Shown: positions 61,967-64,000 of the stretch, one piece after another
How the letters are laid out: each line of letters opens with the position of its first letter
Position numbering within the stretch: position 1 is the first letter of the stretch
IMG/VR virus record: IMGVR_UViG_3300025909_000005
DNA length: 64,000 bases
Source: a virus
Taxonomy: Duplodnaviria > Caudoviricetes
Reading direction: 5' to 3' (one strand)
Position numbers and translations under genes: made by a program
Notes under the pieces: generated by a model
Seen by the model: the letters and a program-made list of their open reading frames with translations, nothing else
Told to the model about the DNA's origin: nothing
The model's database searches: none

Positions 61967-62016
61967 CCTGCGTAAGTTCGGACTTTTTCGCAAGAGTTCG
62001 ACTTACAATGTAAATA
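61965..62016 (+). promoter_or_regulatory. promoter region with AACCTGCG, TACAAT and TAAATA
   Basis: AACCTGCG 61965-61972, TACAAT 62004-62009, TAAATA 62011-62016. Confidence 0.55.
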
Positions 62017-62067
62017 CAGTCAGAGAGAAAGACTCTCTACGTCAACCGCCTATCGAGGAGCTCGAAC

Positions 62068-63192
62068 ATGGCATCGAAAGTTCTGACCGTCTACATCGGT
62101 CGTTTCCAACCACTTCACAACGGACATGTCCACGTTCTGACGAATGCGCTTCGCACGTCGGACCACACGCTGGTGCTCGTCGGCAGCTCGTTCCGTTCCC
62201 GCACGATCAAGAACCCCTTCACGTTCGACGAACGTAAGGAAGTGCTCATGGCCTGGCACGACGACTCGGAGCTCGACAAGAAGAGCCTGACCGTTCTGCC
62301 ACTGCGTGACCAGCCCTACTCAAACTCCAAGTGGATCGAGTCGGTGCAGAAGACGGTCCACAACTTCATGATCGAGAAGCATCTCGACCCCCGCACCACT
62401 GAAGTTCGCCTCACCGGTTCCGACCGTGACGAGTCGACCTGGTACCTGCAGGCCTTCCCGCAGTGGAAGCTGGCGCTCTGCGCTCCAGTTCCTGCCGGCC
62501 GCGACCTCTCAGCCACCAACCTCCGTCATGAGCTGTTCGGCGCCATGCTTGGCACGGCCATCAAGGACGACACCCCTCGCATCACGCAGTTCTTCATCGA
62601 GAAGTTCCGATTCGGCGAGGAGTTCGCGCTCCTCAAGGCCGAGTACGACTTCATCGAGAAGTACAAGAAGGCCTGGAAGGCAGCACCCTACGCACCCTAC
62701 TTCCTGACCGTCGACGGCGTCGTGATCCAATCCGGCCACGTGCTGGTCGTCCGCCGCGGCGCCCTCCCTGGCAAGGGCCTGCTCGCTCTGCCTGGTGGCT
62801 TCCTCGATCAGAACGAGCGCCTCGCCGACGGCGTGGTTCGTGAACTCATCGAGGAAACGGGTCTGCGTCTGGCTGACGGCAAGAACGCCGAACGCATCAC
62901 GAAGTCGATGCTGCAGGGCGCCATCAAGGCGAAGGAAATCTTCGACGATCCGAATCGCTCGCTGCGTGGTCGCACCGTGACGACTGCCTACCTCATCCGC
63001 CTCGATGACACCAAGCCGCTTCCGAAGGTGAAGGGCCAGTACGCACCGCTCCACGAGACCGGCGGCAAGCTCGTCGTCGAAACGGCTGACGCGTTCTGGA
63101 TGCCGATCGCCGACGCGCTGCGCGACAGCTCGGTGTGGTTCGAGGACCACTACTACATTCTCGAGACGATGCTCGGCTTTGCGAAGGACTGA
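62068..63192 (+). CDS. nadM: bifunctional NMN adenylyltransferase / ADP-ribose Nudix hydrolase
   Basis: YIGRFQPLHNGH, KNPFTFDER; Nudix box LPGGFLDQNERLADGVVRELIEETG; FEDHY. Confidence 0.92.
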   Translation: MASKVLTVYIGRFQPLHNGHVHVLTNALRTSDHTLVLVGSSFRSRTIKNPFTFDERKEVLMAWHDDSELDKKSLTVLPLRDQPYSNSKWIESVQKTVHNFMIEKHLDPRTTEVRLTGSDRDESTWYLQAFPQWKLALCAPVPAGRDLSATNLRHELFGAMLGTAIKDDTPRITQFFIEKFRFGEEFALLKAEYDFIEKYKKAWKAAPYAPYFLTVDGVVIQSGHVLVVRRGALPGKGLLALPGGFLDQNERLADGVVRELIEETGLRLADGKNAERITKSMLQGAIKAKEIFDDPNRSLRGRTVTTAYLIRLDDTKPLPKVKGQYAPLHETGGKLVVETADAFWMPIADALRDSSVWFEDHYYILETMLGFAKD

Positions 63193-63345
63193 ATGGCAAG
63201 ATCAAAATGCTGCGCCAAGTGCTTCGGCGTTCTCGAGTATGAAGGCACACCAGTTACAGGCGCTTTTGGCTGTAACTGTTCAAACACCCCATTGTCAGTT
63301 TGGCCTGACGGCAATGGCACCCAAACACAAGGCCACAAGGAGAAA

Positions 63346-64000
63346 ATGATGACCGGATTCCAATTCCCAGGCAGCGACAAGCTGATGAACCGCCTCTTCC
63401 GCCGCGCCGATGGCGTCGTGTGGGACCTCATGACCGGCCGCGTCGGCGTCCAGTCGAAGGAAGGCATCTCGACCCTGACCGGCGAAGGTGATGACGCTGA
63501 AGTCAGCATCAACATGTTCGACCAGTTCGGCATGGAAGTTCCCGCCTTCGCGCAGTCCACGCCCGTCGAGGCCGTCAACATCGGCGACCTGATCTTCTTC
63601 GGCTCGACCGAGAAGCCGGGCTGGGTCGTCGACAAGAAGTACGGCGTCAAGCCGACGGGCTCCACGACTGCCACGAAGCGCAAGACGGCCGCATCTGCTG
63701 CCGTCGCAACGACCGAGGAAGACAAGAAGAACGTGCAGTTCACCCTCATGAAGGTCGACGGCCAGCGCACCACGTGGAAGCCACCGAAGGTTCAACTGCT
63801 CGGCATGGGCGGTGATGGCGTCATGGTCATTCGCTCGCTGCTGACGATGCTGCCTGGCGGACAGAACGCCCTCGGCGGCATGCAGAACAACCTCGTCATG
63901 ATGATGCAGATGTCTGCGATGTCCGGTGACGGTGGTGGCATCGACATGGAATCCCTGATGCCGATCATGCTCATGAGCGCGATGGGCAACGGCGATGGTG
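63346..64000 (+). CDS. hypothetical protein, truncated at the window edge
   Basis: AAGGAG RBS; open frame to the end; Met-rich C-terminal part. Confidence 0.75.
   Translation, partial: MMTGFQFPGSDKLMNRLFRRADGVVWDLMTGRVGVQSKEGISTLTGEGDDAEVSINMFDQFGMEVPAFAQSTPVEAVNIGDLIFFGSTEKPGWVVDKKYGVKPTGSTTATKRKTAASAAVATTEEDKKNVQFTLMKVDGQRTTWKPPKVQLLGMGGDGVMVIRSLLTMLPGGQNALGGMQNNLVMMMQMSAMSGDGGGIDMESLMPIMLMSAMGNGDG

Noticed and set aside
63193-63345. Cys-rich in-frame N-terminal extension of the last gene
   Set aside because: Atypical codon use, and a strong AAGGAG RBS favours the start at 63346; cannot be fully excluded
1-64000. tRNA/rRNA genes or stop-codon reassignment
   Set aside because: No cloverleaf with a TTCGA T-loop context found in the few intergenic gaps; TAA, TAG and TGA all end well-conserved genes at expected lengths

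Overview
The window is a 64-kb segment of a large, GC-rich, T4-related myovirus genome, probably a jumbo phage. It is almost entirely coding on the + strand, with only four short reverse-strand units. It uses the standard genetic code, and I saw no tRNA, rRNA or CRISPR array. Recognisable core genes: gp32-like SSB, UvsX, UvsY, UvsW, NrdA, NrdB, glutaredoxin, gp62-like clamp-loader subunit, GroES, ATP-dependent DNA ligase, dCMP deaminase, GH108 endolysin, and a repeat-built tail-fibre-like protein with a LamG-type partner. Main unusual elements: (1) a phage-borne envelope/transport module at 52.2-59.6 kb (coiled-coil protein, membrane-anchored PspA-like protein, substrate-binding/OmpA fusion, TauC-like permease, TauB-like ATPase, and a TAXI receptor sharing the same N-terminal anchor); (2) a minimal DNA polymerase III alpha split into two genes 5.6 kb apart; (3) a ParE/RelE-like toxin with an upstream putative antitoxin; (4) a ClpS with an altered N-degron pocket and a cysteine-less IscA homolog; (5) RNA-repair and NAD-salvage enzymes; (6) a readable regulatory grammar: GTGTAC-N17-TATAAT promoters, T4-like TAAATA late promoters in front of every reverse-strand unit, RBS-sequestering hairpins spanning late promoters, an AACCTGCG/CAGGTT motif, and a 32-bp exact repeat 33 kb apart. 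All family calls come from motif recognition by eye, not database searches.
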